In this document: in pieces, positions 1 to 9,947 of the stretch
Numbering within the stretch: position 1 is the first letter of the stretch
How the letters are laid out: each line of letters starts with the position of its first letter
Assembly (NCBI GenBank): GCA_046046455.1
Contig: JBJOJS010000090.1
Span: 10,718 to 74,717 of the forward strand
DNA length: 64,000 bases
Direction of reading: 5' to 3'
DNA from: Actinomycetota bacterium
Lineage (GTDB): Bacteria > Actinomycetota > Actinomycetes > S36-B12
Notes under the pieces: generated by a model
The model's database searches: none
Seen by the model: the letters and a program-made list of their open reading frames with translations, nothing else
What the model was told of the DNA's origin: nothing
Made by a program: the position numbers and the translations under genes

Positions 1-684
1 GGGATCCACTACATCGACTGCGGCACCTCCGGAGGCGTGTGGGGCCTCGAGCGCGGCTACTCGCTCATGATCGGTGGCGATGATGACGCCGTGAACCGCC
101 TCGACCCCATCTGGGACTCCGTGGCACCCGGCGTCGACTCGGCACCTCGCACCGGCGACCGCACGGGTGCGCTCGTGCCTGGCGAGGCGGGCTGGCTGCA
201 CTGCGGACCCAGCGGAGCCGGTCACTTCGTCAAGATGGTGCACAACGGCATCGAGTACGGCCTCATGGCCGCCTACGCCGAGGGCCTCAACATCCTCAAG
301 CATGCCGATACCGGCCTTCGCCAGAGGGAGGCCGACGCCGAGACGGCGCCGCTCGAGCATCCGGAGTACTACCAGTACTCCTTCGACCTGCCGGCCATCA
401 CCGAGGTCTGGCGTCGCGGCAGCGTCGTCGGCTCCTGGCTCCTCGATCTCACGGCGCTCGCGCTATCTCGGTCGGGGGACCTCGCGGAGTTCAGCGGGCG
501 CGTCTCGGACTCCGGTGAAGGCCGGTGGACATCCATCGCCGCCATCGAGGAAGGCGTGCCCGCGCCCGTGCTCACCGAGGCGCTCTACTCGCGCTTCGAC
601 AGTCAGGGTATGGCCGACTTCGCCTACAAGGTCATGTCCGCGCAGCGCAAGGAGTTCGGAGGGCACGACGAAAAGTCGTCGTAG
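1..684 (+). CDS. gnd: 6-phosphogluconate dehydrogenase (decarboxylating), Gnd-like; 5' end lies outside the window
   Basis: Frame 1 is open from nt 1 (GIHYIDCGTSGGVWGLERGYSLMIGG) and runs into track ORF 37..684. HFVKMVHNGIEYGLMAAYAEG and the C-terminal RKEFGGH are typical of the 6PGDH family. Confidence 0.8.
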   Translation, partial: GIHYIDCGTSGGVWGLERGYSLMIGGDDDAVNRLDPIWDSVAPGVDSAPRTGDRTGALVPGEAGWLHCGPSGAGHFVKMVHNGIEYGLMAAYAEGLNILKHADTGLRQREADAETAPLEHPEYYQYSFDLPAITEVWRRGSVVGSWLLDLTALALSRSGDLAEFSGRVSDSGEGRWTSIAAIEEGVPAPVLTEALYSRFDSQGMADFAYKVMSAQRKEFGGHDEKSS

Positions 685-690
685 CCACTG

Positions 691-1923
691 TCACACCTGA
701 AGGCGCACGCCCAGCAGCGCGTCCACCGCATCACGGATGCGCGCCGATGCGCCGACGTCAGTGCCCCCCCGGGTGAGGGCGTCCTCGGCCCACCGGTCCA
801 CCGCGGCAATGGCGTCAGGCGTACGGAGATCATCGGCGATCGCCGAGCGCATCTGCGACACGGTGCCCTGGGCAGGCGGACCCTGCGCAAGCGACGTCGC
901 GCGCTCCCACCGATCGAGTCTCGCCTCGGCATCCGCCAGGCCAGCCGAGGTCCAGTCCCAGTCCTCCCGGTAGTGGTGGGCGAGCACCGCGAGCCGTATC
1001 GCCCCCGATCGGATCCCCGACTCGCGGAGCCGGTGCACGAAGACCAGGTTGCCCAGCGATTTGCTCATCTTGACGCCGTCCAGACCCACCATGCCGGCAT
1101 GGACGTAGTCACGGGCGTAGGGCCGCTCGTGCGTGAGCACCTCGGCGTGACTCGCGCCCATCTCATGGTGGGGGAAGATCAGATCGCGACCACCGCCTTG
1201 CACGTCGAAGGTCATCCCCAGGTGATCGAGTGCAATGGCCACGCATTCGATGTGCCAACCCGGACGTCCATGACCGAGGTCGGTATCCCACGCCGGCTCC
1301 TCGGGTCGCGCGGCCCGCCAGAGGAGCGGATCGAGCGGGTCGCGCTTGCCGGGACGAAGCGGATCCCCGCCTCTCTCGGCGAAGAGGGCGAGCATCTCGT
1401 CCCGCGTGAGCCCGGAAACTCCGCCGAAGAGCGGATCGGTGGACAGATCGAAGTACAGGTCACCATCGACGTCGTAGACCGCTCCTCGCTCACGCAGCCC
1501 CTGAATGCACGTGACGACGCTGGGGATCGATTCGACTGCGCCGATGTAGTCATCGGGAGGCACCACTCTGAGGAACTCCATGTCCTCGCGGAAGAGCTGC
1601 GTCTCGCGCAGGGCGATATCTCGCCAGTCCTCGCCGGTGGCGACAGCGCGCTCGAGCAGCGGATCATCGATATCCGTGACGTTCTGCACGTAGTGCACTC
1701 GGTGCCCGGCATCACGCCACGCCCTTACGAGTGTGTCGAAGGCGAGGTACGTCGCCGCATGGCCCATATGAGTCGCGTCGTACGGGGTGATCCCGCAGAC
1801 GTAGAGGCGCGCCTGCTCACCCGGGGCCGACGGCCGGAGTTCACCGCTCGCCGTATCCCGCACGCGGACCGGCATTCCTCCTGTGCCCAGGGCGGGGATC
1901 TCGGGAGAGGGCCAGGACTCCAT
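691..1923 (-). CDS. mshC: L-cysteine:1D-myo-inositol 2-amino-2-deoxy-alpha-D-glucopyranoside ligase (mycothiol ligase)
   Basis: 410-aa class-I aaRS-like ORF with a HIGH-type motif ([14 protein letters not shown]) and KMSKS (VKMSKSLGN), but no CysRS anticodon-domain extension. The N-terminus closely matches my recollection of mycobacterial MshC. Confidence 0.9.
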   Translation of the reverse strand: MESWPSPEIPALGTGGMPVRVRDTASGELRPSAPGEQARLYVCGITPYDATHMGHAATYLAFDTLVRAWRDAGHRVHYVQNVTDIDDPLLERAVATGEDWRDIALRETQLFREDMEFLRVVPPDDYIGAVESIPSVVTCIQGLRERGAVYDVDGDLYFDLSTDPLFGGVSGLTRDEMLALFAERGGDPLRPGKRDPLDPLLWRAARPEEPAWDTDLGHGRPGWHIECVAIALDHLGMTFDVQGGGRDLIFPHHEMGASHAEVLTHERPYARDYVHAGMVGLDGVKMSKSLGNLVFVHRLRESGIRSGAIRLAVLAHHYREDWDWTSAGLADAEARLDRWERATSLAQGPPAQGTVSQMRSAIADDLRTPDAIAAVDRWAEDALTRGGTDVGASARIRDAVDALLGVRLQV

Positions 1924-1956
1924 GCCCGGAGCCTAGAAGGTGGCGACTAGGCGACG

Positions 1957-2751
1957 TCACATGGCGGGCCACGGCAGCGCGGGCCACGCGCCATCCGGGT
2001 CCGGGAAGGTGCCCTCGGTCACGAGCATCTCGAGACGGTCGCGGGTTGCGGCGATCTCGGAGAGGGTGAGCAGTGGTTCCAGGCATGTGCTCCACTGCGA
2101 CCAGCCTTCGGCGAGGTGGGCGAGATCGGTGAGGCTCGCAGCGTCGATGGGCGTCCCGGCCCAGCCCCAGAGGACCGTGCGCAGTTTGGGCTCTTCGTGG
2201 AAGGTGAGTCCATGGTCGATACCCGCCAGTGCATCCGGCCCCGCCCGCAGGACGTGGCCCCCCTTGCGGTCGGCGTTATTGACCACGGCATCGAGGAGGG
2301 CAAGGCGCCGAAGCGGCGCGGACTCCTCGTGGACCAGGCACACATGATCGCCCCGCGCGCCCTCGCCCTCGGCCACCACGTGCCATCCCTCGGGGAGCGT
2401 CCGCGCGTCCACGACGTCAACAGGGGCGTCGTCGGGATCGCCATCGATCCAGACCTGCAGGCTGCCCGGTCCTAGAGGGGCTTCTTCTCTCCAGACCGTC
2501 ACCGGGACGAGATCCCAGCCGAGGGCCCTATCGACCGCGTACGTCGCGACTTCCCGGAGACCCAGGGTGCCTGTCGGGAAGTCCCAGAGAGGCCGCTCCC
2601 CTCTGCGCGGCTTGTAGACCGCGCGCATGTGCCGATCACCTGAGCGACACTCCACGCGCATGGCGGAGTTGGAGGAATCCCACAGCCGACCCTCGACGTC
2701 GAGGTCGCCCTCGATCAGGAGTTGCTCCACCGACGTGTCATGTGCGCTCAC
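1957..2751 (-). CDS. SCO1664-family PI3/4-kinase-like protein (conserved actinobacterial trio member)
   Basis: Track ORF is 1957..2826. I place the start at in-frame GTG 2751, which overlaps the DUF3090 stop as GTGA. The family call rests on recollection and on synteny with the DUF3090 and phosphomutase genes. Confidence 0.65.
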   Translation of the reverse strand: MSAHDTSVEQLLIEGDLDVEGRLWDSSNSAMRVECRSGDRHMRAVYKPRRGERPLWDFPTGTLGLREVATYAVDRALGWDLVPVTVWREEAPLGPGSLQVWIDGDPDDAPVDVVDARTLPEGWHVVAEGEGARGDHVCLVHEESAPLRRLALLDAVVNNADRKGGHVLRAGPDALAGIDHGLTFHEEPKLRTVLWGWAGTPIDAASLTDLAHLAEGWSQWSTCLEPLLTLSEIAATRDRLEMLVTEGTFPDPDGAWPALPWPAM

Positions 2752-3287
2752 GCGCGGCGCCGATAGCCGTTGGCCCGTGGACAGATGTGACCGCCCGGAT
2801 CGAGCGGCTGCAGGCAGAACGGGCACGGCGGTCGGCCCGCGGCCACGAGTGCCCGCGCGCGTCGGGCGAACGCTGCAGCAGCCTCCGGCGTCAGGGTGAC
2901 GCGCAGGGTGTCCGCTGCCTCGTCGTCATCATCGCCGGGTTCTGCGGCTTCCGCCTCGCCCAGCGCGTGTGCCTCGACGAGGATCCGTGCGGGGCCGTCT
3001 TCCTCGGGGACGAGGGCAATGCCGAGGGCTCCGACGCGGAATTCCTCCTCCAGTGGCAACGCCAGGGGATCGTTGTCATCACGCCCCGATTCCTCCGAGG
3101 CTCCGGCCTGGCTGACCAGGCGCTCGATGCGCTCCGCGAGCATGGCCACCTGGGCCTTCTCGAGGGCGACGGATGTCACCGACCGGTCATCACTGGCCTG
3201 CAGGTAGAAGGTCCGTTCGCCCGGCAGCCCGACGGTCCCCGCCACGAAGCGTCGCGGATCGACGTACGAGTGGATGCGGCGCGGCAC
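2748..3287 (-). CDS. DUF3090 domain protein (trio member)
   Basis: 179-aa ORF with an acidic central region and C-terminal CPFCLQPLDPGGHICPRANG (Cys/His knuckles). It sits between the kinase-like and phosphomutase-like genes, as in the conserved actinobacterial three-gene system. Confidence 0.65.
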   Translation of the reverse strand: MPRRIHSYVDPRRFVAGTVGLPGERTFYLQASDDRSVTSVALEKAQVAMLAERIERLVSQAGASEESGRDDNDPLALPLEEEFRVGALGIALVPEEDGPARILVEAHALGEAEAAEPGDDDDEAADTLRVTLTPEAAAAFARRARALVAAGRPPCPFCLQPLDPGGHICPRANGYRRRA

Positions 3288-3313
3288 AGCATCACCGTAT
3301 CCGGGCGCTGCGG

Positions 3314-3994
3314 CTAGTGCTCGCCCGAGCCACCGCCGACGGTGCCCTCCACGCGCCTACGGGTGCGCGTGCGCGCGAGAGACGAGAGCTCTGAGCCTCG
3401 GTCGTTGACGTGCAGGACCTGGACTCCGCGTGCTCCATAACGGATCACCGATACGGACGCAGGATCCACCACGATCCGCTGGAACTGGTCCAGGTGCATG
3501 CCCAGGGCGTCGGCGACGATCGCCTTGATGACGTCACCATGGGAGACCATCGCGTACGTCGCCTTGTCGCCGAGTCGCTGGTTCCATTCGTGCACGGCCC
3601 CGAGGGACCGTGCCTGCATCACCGGAAGCGACTCGCCATCGGGGAAGGTGACCGCGCTGGGACGCTCCTGCACCGTGCGCCACAGGGGCAGCTTGGAGAG
3701 CTCCGCGAGGGGACGGTTGGTCCATTCACCGTAGCGGCACTCCCCCAGCCGGTCGTCGACCTCGAGGCCTGGAGGTCGACGCTGCGCCTGGTCGATCGCC
3801 TCCGCCGTCTGCACCGTGCGCTCGAGTGGGCTCGTGACGATCGCCGCCAGGCGCAGGGGGCTGAGGCGCTCCGCCACGGCTGTCGCCTGCGCCCGTCCGT
3901 GGTCGTCCAGGTGAACCCCGGGCGTCCAACCGGCAAGGATCCCGCTGGCATTGGCCTGCGTGCGACCATGTCGGACCAGAATGAGCAGCGGCAT
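3314..3994 (-). CDS. Histidine phosphatase superfamily protein (MSMEG_4193-type putative phosphomutase)
   Basis: N-terminal RHG motif (LILVRHGRTQAN) and a second catalytic His region (MVSHGDVIKA). Third member of the trio. Confidence 0.75.
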   Translation of the reverse strand: MPLLILVRHGRTQANASGILAGWTPGVHLDDHGRAQATAVAERLSPLRLAAIVTSPLERTVQTAEAIDQAQRRPPGLEVDDRLGECRYGEWTNRPLAELSKLPLWRTVQERPSAVTFPDGESLPVMQARSLGAVHEWNQRLGDKATYAMVSHGDVIKAIVADALGMHLDQFQRIVVDPASVSVIRYGARGVQVLHVNDRGSELSSLARTRTRRRVEGTVGGGSGEH

Positions 3995-4047
3995 GCCGCG
4001 ACGCTATCGGACGACGGGGCCACGATCGCGGCCATGGGAGGCGACAC

Positions 4048-5046
4048 GTGATCCGGATCATGGGCACGTACAGAGACGGGAGACTCGATCCCGGCACCCA
4101 CACGCCGGGGTCACCCGTCACACATGAAGCGCTCCTGACTGCCCGCGATGCCGTGGTCGACCCCACGGACTTCACCTGGATCGCCCTCTCGGACCCCACG
4201 CGCCTAGAGGTCGATCTCGTCGCGGATGCCTTCGATCTCGAACCGCTGCTGCTCGATGACGCCGTCTCGCGCCAGGAGCGCGCCAAGATCGACATCGCGG
4301 ACAAGAGCCTCTTCGTGCTCCTCAAGGTTCTCGAATGGGTGGACGACACCTCGGATGTCGAGACCGGGCAGGTCGCCTGCTTCGTCGGTCCCGGCTATGC
4401 GATCACGATGCGGATGGGCCGCGCCGAAGACACCGACGTCGTCGCGTCTCGTCTCGCGGCGCATCCCGAACTCGCCGCCACCGGTCCGCTCGCGATCTTC
4501 TGGGCCATCGCCGATGTCGCGGCTCACCAGTACCTCGCCGTCGGTGAGGCCATCCAGTCCGACATCGAGGAGATCGAGCAGCAGGTCTTCTCCGATCAGC
4601 CGTCGCAGGCAGCCAATCGGATCTACCGCCTCAATCGGGAGAACATCGAGATGCGGCGGGCAGTCCAGCCGCTGCTTCCGGACTCCCAGCGACTCGCGCG
4701 CGATGCGCTCCCACTCGTTCCCGCACCCCTGCATCCGTTCCTCCGGGACGTGGGCGACAACATCCTTCGCGCCGGCGACATGGTGGATGGCTTCGACTCC
4801 ACTCTCATGACCATGCTTATGGCCAGCACCGCGCGCCAGGATCTCCTGCAGAACAAGGACATGCGCAAGATCTCGGCCTGGGCGGCCATCATCGCGGTGC
4901 CGACCGCGATCGCGGGCATCTACGGCATGAACTTCGACGACATGCCGGAGTTGCACTGGACGTTCGGCTACCCCGCCGTGGTCACCGCGATGGCGGTCAT
5001 CTGCCTGCTGCTCTACCGGGGCTTCAAGAAGTCTGGCTGGCTGTAG
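4048..5046 (+). CDS. corA: CorA-family magnesium/cobalt transporter
   Basis: C-terminal two TM helices flank the signature YGMNF. GTG start at 4048 lies 6 nt after GGGAGG. Confidence 0.8.
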   Translation: MIRIMGTYRDGRLDPGTHTPGSPVTHEALLTARDAVVDPTDFTWIALSDPTRLEVDLVADAFDLEPLLLDDAVSRQERAKIDIADKSLFVLLKVLEWVDDTSDVETGQVACFVGPGYAITMRMGRAEDTDVVASRLAAHPELAATGPLAIFWAIADVAAHQYLAVGEAIQSDIEEIEQQVFSDQPSQAANRIYRLNRENIEMRRAVQPLLPDSQRLARDALPLVPAPLHPFLRDVGDNILRAGDMVDGFDSTLMTMLMASTARQDLLQNKDMRKISAWAAIIAVPTAIAGIYGMNFDDMPELHWTFGYPAVVTAMAVICLLLYRGFKKSGWL

Positions 5047-5066
5047 GCATCATCTGGCACTGGGCA

Positions 5067-5888
5067 TCATGTCGCCGTGATGGTGCCCGTGACGAGCAGA
5101 CCCACGATGAGGGCGGCAAGTGCCAACCGGTAGGCGACAAAGGGCATGTATGAGCCCGTCCTGAGGTAGCGGAGCAACCAGGCGATCACGGCGTACCCGA
5201 CCGTGAAGGCAATCGCGGTCGCGACAATGGTCTGGCCCCACGCCACCTGCGGGTCGTCGCCGATGCGCGTGGCCTCGTAGAAGCCTGAGCCGAGGACGGC
5301 GGGAATCGCGAGGAGGAAGGCATAGCGGGTCGCCGCCTCGCGCGTATAGCCGAGCGTCAAGCCCATCGTGATCGTCGCGCCGGACCGCGAGACGCCGGGA
5401 ATGAGAGCCAGCGCCTGGGCCAGACCCAGGCCGATGGCATCGCGGGTGCGCATGGTGCTGATCTCGCGCTCCTTGCGACCGAAACGATCCGCCAGACCAA
5501 GAAGGACACCGAAGACAGCGAGCATGGTCGCCGTGATCCATAGGTTGCGGGCCACTGTCTCGATCTGCTCCGTGAAGGCAAGACCCAGGACCACGATGGG
5601 AATCGTCCCCAGGATGACGTACCAGCCCAGACGTGAATCTGCGGAGCCCCGCTCCTCCGGCCGGACGAGACTGACCGCCCACGCGCGCACGATCCGTGCG
5701 ATGTCGTGACGGAAGTAGATGAGGACCGCCGCCTCGGTGCCGATCTGAGTCACGGCGGTGAAGGCGGCGCCTGGGTCACCCCAGCCGAAGATCCGCGACA
5801 GCACCAGGATGTGGGCGCTCGAGGAGATCGGCAGGAACTCCGTGAGTCCCTGGATGACTCCCAGAACGACGGCCTCGAACCACGTCAT
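5067..5888 (-). CDS. uppP: Undecaprenyl-diphosphate phosphatase
   Basis: GLTEFLPISSSAH and PGVSRSGATI motifs of BacA/UppP. I prefer the start at Met-7 of the track ORF (MTWFEAVVLGVIQGLTEFLP), which mirrors the mycobacterial N-terminus as I recall it. Track ORF extends to 5906. Confidence 0.88.
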   Translation of the reverse strand: MTWFEAVVLGVIQGLTEFLPISSSAHILVLSRIFGWGDPGAAFTAVTQIGTEAAVLIYFRHDIARIVRAWAVSLVRPEERGSADSRLGWYVILGTIPIVVLGLAFTEQIETVARNLWITATMLAVFGVLLGLADRFGRKEREISTMRTRDAIGLGLAQALALIPGVSRSGATITMGLTLGYTREAATRYAFLLAIPAVLGSGFYEATRIGDDPQVAWGQTIVATAIAFTVGYAVIAWLLRYLRTGSYMPFVAYRLALAALIVGLLVTGTITAT

Positions 5889-5925
5889 GGCGCCTGCCAT
5901 GTGCACCCCTCGGCCCGCATGGACC

Positions 5926-6978
5926 CTAGTCCTCCGCGAGTCCTGCCTGGGCGAGGAGCTGGGGCATCAGGCGCAGTGTCTCCAGCCGCTCGTCCAGGGA
6001 ACCGTGGTAGCTCGCGAGAGTCAGCGTCGTCACGCCGGCTGCCGCGTAGTCCTTGAGTCGCTCGGCGATGACGTCGGGCGGCCCGATGAGCGAGGTTCGC
6101 TGGATGAACTCCAGGGGCACGGCAGCTGCGGCGCCCGCGTAGTCCTTGGCCAGGTAGAGGTCCTGGATCCGCGCGGCGGCGTCCCCGAAGCCCATACGGA
6201 CAGCGAGAGCGTTGTAGAAGTTCTTCTCCCGCGAGCCCATGCCGCCGATGTAGAGCGCGCAGTAGGCGCGCACGGGCTCCGCGCACGCTTCGATGTCATC
6301 ACCGATGATCACCGGCACCGTGGGGACGACGTCGAAGCCCTTCATGTCGAGACCGGCCTTTTCGCGTCCGGCCCGGATGTTTCCGAGCAGCTCGCCCGAG
6401 TGATCGGGATCGAAGAAGATCGCGAGCCAACCGTCGGCGATCTCGCCTGCGAGCTCGAGGTTGCGGGGGCCCACGGCAGCCAGGTAGACCGGGATGCGCT
6501 CGCGCACCGGGTGCACCGTGAGGGTGAGCGCCTTGCCGGGTCCGTCGGGCAGGGGGAGCGTGAAGAACTCACCGTCATAGGTGAGTCGCTCGCGAGCGAG
6601 GGCCTTGCGCACGATGCCGACGTACTCCCGGGTGCGCGCAAGCGGCTTATCGAAGCGGACGCCGTGCCACCCCTCGGACACCTGCGGCCCGGACACACCC
6701 AGTCCCAGGCGGAATCGGCCCCCGGAGAGCGTGTCGAGCGTCGCAGCAGTCATGGCCGTATTGGCAGGCGTCCGACCGGGGATCTGGAAGATCGCCGATC
6801 CGACGTCGATGCGTTCGGTCTGCGCGGCCACCCATGCCAACACCGTGGCGGCGTCGGAGCCGTATGCCTCCGCCGCCCAGACGACCGCATAGCCGCATCG
6901 GTCAGCCTCCCGGGCCTGCTCGAGGTTGTCGGCGTCGTTGCCCGCGCCACAGTAGCCGAGGTTGAGACCGAGCTTCAT
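5926..6978 (-). CDS. LLM-class (luciferase-like) F420-dependent oxidoreductase
   Basis: 350-aa TIM-barrel luciferase-like sequence (MKLGLNLGY...GRFRLGLGVSGPQVSEGWHG) typical of actinobacterial F420-dependent LLM proteins. Confidence 0.7.
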   Translation of the reverse strand: MKLGLNLGYCGAGNDADNLEQAREADRCGYAVVWAAEAYGSDAATVLAWVAAQTERIDVGSAIFQIPGRTPANTAMTAATLDTLSGGRFRLGLGVSGPQVSEGWHGVRFDKPLARTREYVGIVRKALARERLTYDGEFFTLPLPDGPGKALTLTVHPVRERIPVYLAAVGPRNLELAGEIADGWLAIFFDPDHSGELLGNIRAGREKAGLDMKGFDVVPTVPVIIGDDIEACAEPVRAYCALYIGGMGSREKNFYNALAVRMGFGDAAARIQDLYLAKDYAGAAAAVPLEFIQRTSLIGPPDVIAERLKDYAAAGVTTLTLASYHGSLDERLETLRLMPQLLAQAGLAED

Positions 6979-7074
6979 ACGCCCTCCCGATTCCCTTGCG
7001 CGCCGCCGGAGGACCGACGGCCTTGCGCGTGTCGAGCGAGCCTATCCACCCCCCCGCGTGACTAGGTTGCCCAC

Positions 7075-8019
7075 GTGGAACGACGCAGCCTCGGTCCGAC
7101 CGGTGCCCGAGTCGGCACGGTGGGCCTTGGCACGGCCACCTGGGGTCGCGGAACAGATGGGTCCGAAGCGCGGGAGCAGGTTGCCCTGCTGGTCGACGCA
7201 GGCGGCAACCTCATCGATGTCACGGGTGACCCGGCGTGTGCCCCCTGCGCCATGCACGCATTCTCCGACCCGGGTCTTCGACGCGAGACCTTCATCAATC
7301 TTCGCTCCCACGCCCTGGGGTCCCAGCGGGAGATGCTCGCCGCGCTGGATGATGCGATGGCCGCGCTCGGCATCGCTCACGTGGACCTCTGGACCGTCGA
7401 AGGGTGGGATGAGTCGCTGCCGTGGTCGGAGTTGACGTCGGCACTCGCCGTGGCCGTGTCCACCGGGCGTGCGAATTACGTCGGGCTCTGCCCCTCATCT
7501 GCATGGGAGGCGGCTCTGGTAGGCGCCGCGCTCACGATGCATCCCGATCGGACTCCCCTTGCGGCGATCACCGTGCCCTACTCGCTGCTCGACCAGGCCG
7601 AAGCACGCGACTGCACACAGGTGTCGCATGCGCTCGGCTCAGGCATCCTCGCGGCGTGGCCCTTGGCGGGCGGGGTGCTCACCGGCAAATACCGGCACGC
7701 GACCCCTCCGGATTCACGCGGAGCGGGTGAGCGCCATGCCATGCGCATGTTGCGGTACCGGTCCCCATGGGCGCGTCCCGTGATCGAGGGGCTCTGCGCT
7801 GCAGCGGAGGGTCTGGGCACGACCCCCACCGTGCTGGCCCAAGCGTGGGTGCGGGACCGTCCCGGCGTGACGGCAACTCTGGTCGGGGCGCGCACCGTGC
7901 ACCAGTGGCGGGCGGCCCTGGCCGCCGATGGATTCGTCGTACCCGACGAGATACGACGCGCACTCGACGAAGTCGCGGACGAGGCAGCCGCCGTCGGACA
8001 TGATGGGGATGCGGGCTAG
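7075..8019 (+). CDS. Aldo/keto reductase family oxidoreductase
   Basis: 314 aa, GTG start. N-terminal RSLGPTGARVGTVGLGTATWG and the overall AKR pattern are present. Divergent from the LLM gene. Confidence 0.65.
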   Translation: MERRSLGPTGARVGTVGLGTATWGRGTDGSEAREQVALLVDAGGNLIDVTGDPACAPCAMHAFSDPGLRRETFINLRSHALGSQREMLAALDDAMAALGIAHVDLWTVEGWDESLPWSELTSALAVAVSTGRANYVGLCPSSAWEAALVGAALTMHPDRTPLAAITVPYSLLDQAEARDCTQVSHALGSGILAAWPLAGGVLTGKYRHATPPDSRGAGERHAMRMLRYRSPWARPVIEGLCAAAEGLGTTPTVLAQAWVRDRPGVTATLVGARTVHQWRAALAADGFVVPDEIRRALDEVADEAAAVGHDGDAG

Positions 8020-8025
8020 GACGCC

Positions 8026-8250
8026 ATGCGAGCAGCGGGAAGGAGCGCCATGTCGACAACTCGGCAATCGGCCTACGAGTACCGCGAGTTCGCGCTCCCT
8101 CGGGAGACGTCGCGCGATGCTGCCCGGAGCGTTCTGACGGAGTACGCCGAGTATGGCCATTGGGAACTCGCGCGCTTGCGGCTCTACCCGGACGGCCGGC
8201 GTCGGGTGTGGCTACGCCGACGCGTCATGCGCGTGGAGCGCACCGCCTGA
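8026..8250 (+). CDS. DUF5703-like small protein
   Basis: 74-aa ORF (YEYREFALPRETSRDAARSVLTEYAEYGHWELARLRLYPDGRRRVWLRR) of the kind found next to M20 peptidases in actinobacteria. Call is from recollection. Confidence 0.55.
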   Translation: MRAAGRSAMSTTRQSAYEYREFALPRETSRDAARSVLTEYAEYGHWELARLRLYPDGRRRVWLRRRVMRVERTA

Positions 8251-8253
8251 TCA

Positions 8254-9696
8254 CTAGGCCAGACGCAGGAAGCGGTCGAGAGCCCGCACCCCGAAGGCGA
8301 CGGCGTCGATCGGCACCCGCTCGTCTACGCCGTGGAAGAGGGCGGTGAAGTCGAGATCCGGGGGCAGGCGCAGCGGCGAGAAGCCGTAGCCCTGGATACC
8401 GAGCCGCGAGAAGGCCTTCGCATCGGTGCCTGCGGACAGGAGGTAGGGCGCGACCGCCGCACCGGGATCCTCGGCATCGATGGCCGCCCGCATGGCATCG
8501 ACGAGGGGCACGTCGTACGCAGCCTCGAGCGCGACATCGTGGTTGATGAACTCACGTCGAACCGAGGGACCGAGGAGTCGATCTATCTCGGCGAGGAAGG
8601 CCTGCTCCTCGCCGGGGACGTACCGGCCATCGATGACACCCGCCGCTTCGCCGGGGATCACATTGGCCTTGTAGCCCGCCTGGAGCATGGTGGGGTTGGT
8701 CGTGTTCCGCGTGCCGGCTCCGATGAAGCGCGCGACGGGACCCAACTGGCGCGCGAGCTCCACGGGATCGTCGAGATCCAGGTCGAGGCCGTAGGCCTCG
8801 CTGATCGCGGCGACCATGTGCTGGGCCGTCGGCGACAGCTGCACGGGCCAGCGATGCGTGCCGATTCGCGAAATCGCCGCCGCCACTTCGGTGACCGCGT
8901 TGTCGCCTGTGAGAGCCGATCCATGACCCGCCGCACCCTCCGCGATCAGGCGCATCCAGGCGATGCCCTTCTCCGCCGTCTGAATCAGGTAGAGCCTGCG
9001 GTCGTCTGGCAGAGTGAGGGAGAAGCCGCCGACCTCGCTCACACCCTCCGTGACTCCCTCGAGGATGTCCGGGCGGTGATCGACGATCCAGTGCGATCCA
9101 TGCCGCCCACCGGCTTCCTCGTCGGGGATGAAGAGGAAGACCAGGTCTCGGCTCGGTCGGGCACCCGATCGACTCCAGGCCCGCGCGAGCGCGATGAGCA
9201 TCGCATCCATGTCCTTCATGTCGACGGCCCCGCGACCCCAGACCATGTCGTCGTGCACTTCGGCACCGAAAGGGGGCACTGACCAATCAGACGCGCGCGC
9301 GGGCACGACATCCAGATGCCCGTGCAGGAGCAGTCGCGGCCGTGTCGGATCGGTACCCGCCAGGCGTGCCACCACGCCCTGGCGACGCGACGAGGTGGTG
9401 CTGAAGCGCTCCACCTCGAGGCCCGCCTCCCGGAGCGAGGCCTCGACGTACTCCGCGGCGTCCGCCTCGCCGGGGCCGGAGTCGGTGCCGTCGTTGGTCG
9501 TGTCGATCCGGACGAGATCGCGCAGGATCTGGATGACCTCCGCCTGGGCAGCGACTGCCTCTGGGCTCGATTCCTCCGCTGCTGCATCCACGCCCCCATC
9601 CTGCACTGAGGAGGCAGGTGGTGGCACCACTCGACGGGTTGTTATCCTCACCGTCGGCGATCCGGTCGTGTCCCCACGCGGCCCGGTGAGCACCAC
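8254..9696 (-). CDS. M20/M25/M40 family metallopeptidase (dipeptidase-like)
   Basis: LLLHGHLDVVP and GRGAVDMKD metal-site motifs. The track start (9696) abuts the tRNA on the opposite strand, so the true start is probably one of the in-frame GTGs further in (9651 or 9606). Confidence 0.8.
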   Translation of the reverse strand: MVLTGPRGDTTGSPTVRITTRRVVPPPASSVQDGGVDAAAEESSPEAVAAQAEVIQILRDLVRIDTTNDGTDSGPGEADAAEYVEASLREAGLEVERFSTTSSRRQGVVARLAGTDPTRPRLLLHGHLDVVPARASDWSVPPFGAEVHDDMVWGRGAVDMKDMDAMLIALARAWSRSGARPSRDLVFLFIPDEEAGGRHGSHWIVDHRPDILEGVTEGVSEVGGFSLTLPDDRRLYLIQTAEKGIAWMRLIAEGAAGHGSALTGDNAVTEVAAAISRIGTHRWPVQLSPTAQHMVAAISEAYGLDLDLDDPVELARQLGPVARFIGAGTRNTTNPTMLQAGYKANVIPGEAAGVIDGRYVPGEEQAFLAEIDRLLGPSVRREFINHDVALEAAYDVPLVDAMRAAIDAEDPGAAVAPYLLSAGTDAKAFSRLGIQGYGFSPLRLPPDLDFTALFHGVDERVPIDAVAFGVRALDRFLRLA

Positions 9697-9783
9697 GTCC
9701 GGGTGGCGGAATTGGCAGACGCGCTAGCTTGAGGTGCTAGTGCCCGCAAGGGCATGGGGGTTCAAGTCCCCCCTCGGACACCA
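9697..9783 (+). tRNA. tRNA-Leu (anticodon GAG), class II with long variable arm, CCA encoded
   Basis: GTCCGGG acceptor pairs with CTCGGAC (one G-T pair). D-loop is GGCGGAATTGGCAGAC. Anticodon stem CTAGC/GCTAG has loop TTGAGGT. Variable arm is TGCCCGCAAGGGCA, T-arm is GGGGGTTCAAGTCCCCC, and the 3' end is A-CCA. Confidence 0.9.
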
Positions 9784-9947
9784 CGTGATGTCTCACGTAC
9801 CCCATCGGGGCATGTGCAACCTTCGGGTTCGACCTCCGCAAGCGCGCGCAGCCGCTAGCCTCTGGCCCGGCTCGTCGTTTAGCGCCGTTCCCGCGGCGCC
9901 TTCCCCTAACCGGCAAGCCTCCGTTGCCATGACCCTCGGAGGTTCCC

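Noticed and set aside
9784-9947. Possible purine riboswitch in the 164-nt leader of the purine permease gene
   Set aside because: I could not find the conserved purine-riboswitch junction and loop sequences (the U-rich three-way junction with the CCGUAAAU-like segment). Only a short CCCC-ATC-GGGG hairpin follows the tRNA. A covariance-model scan would be needed to be sure.
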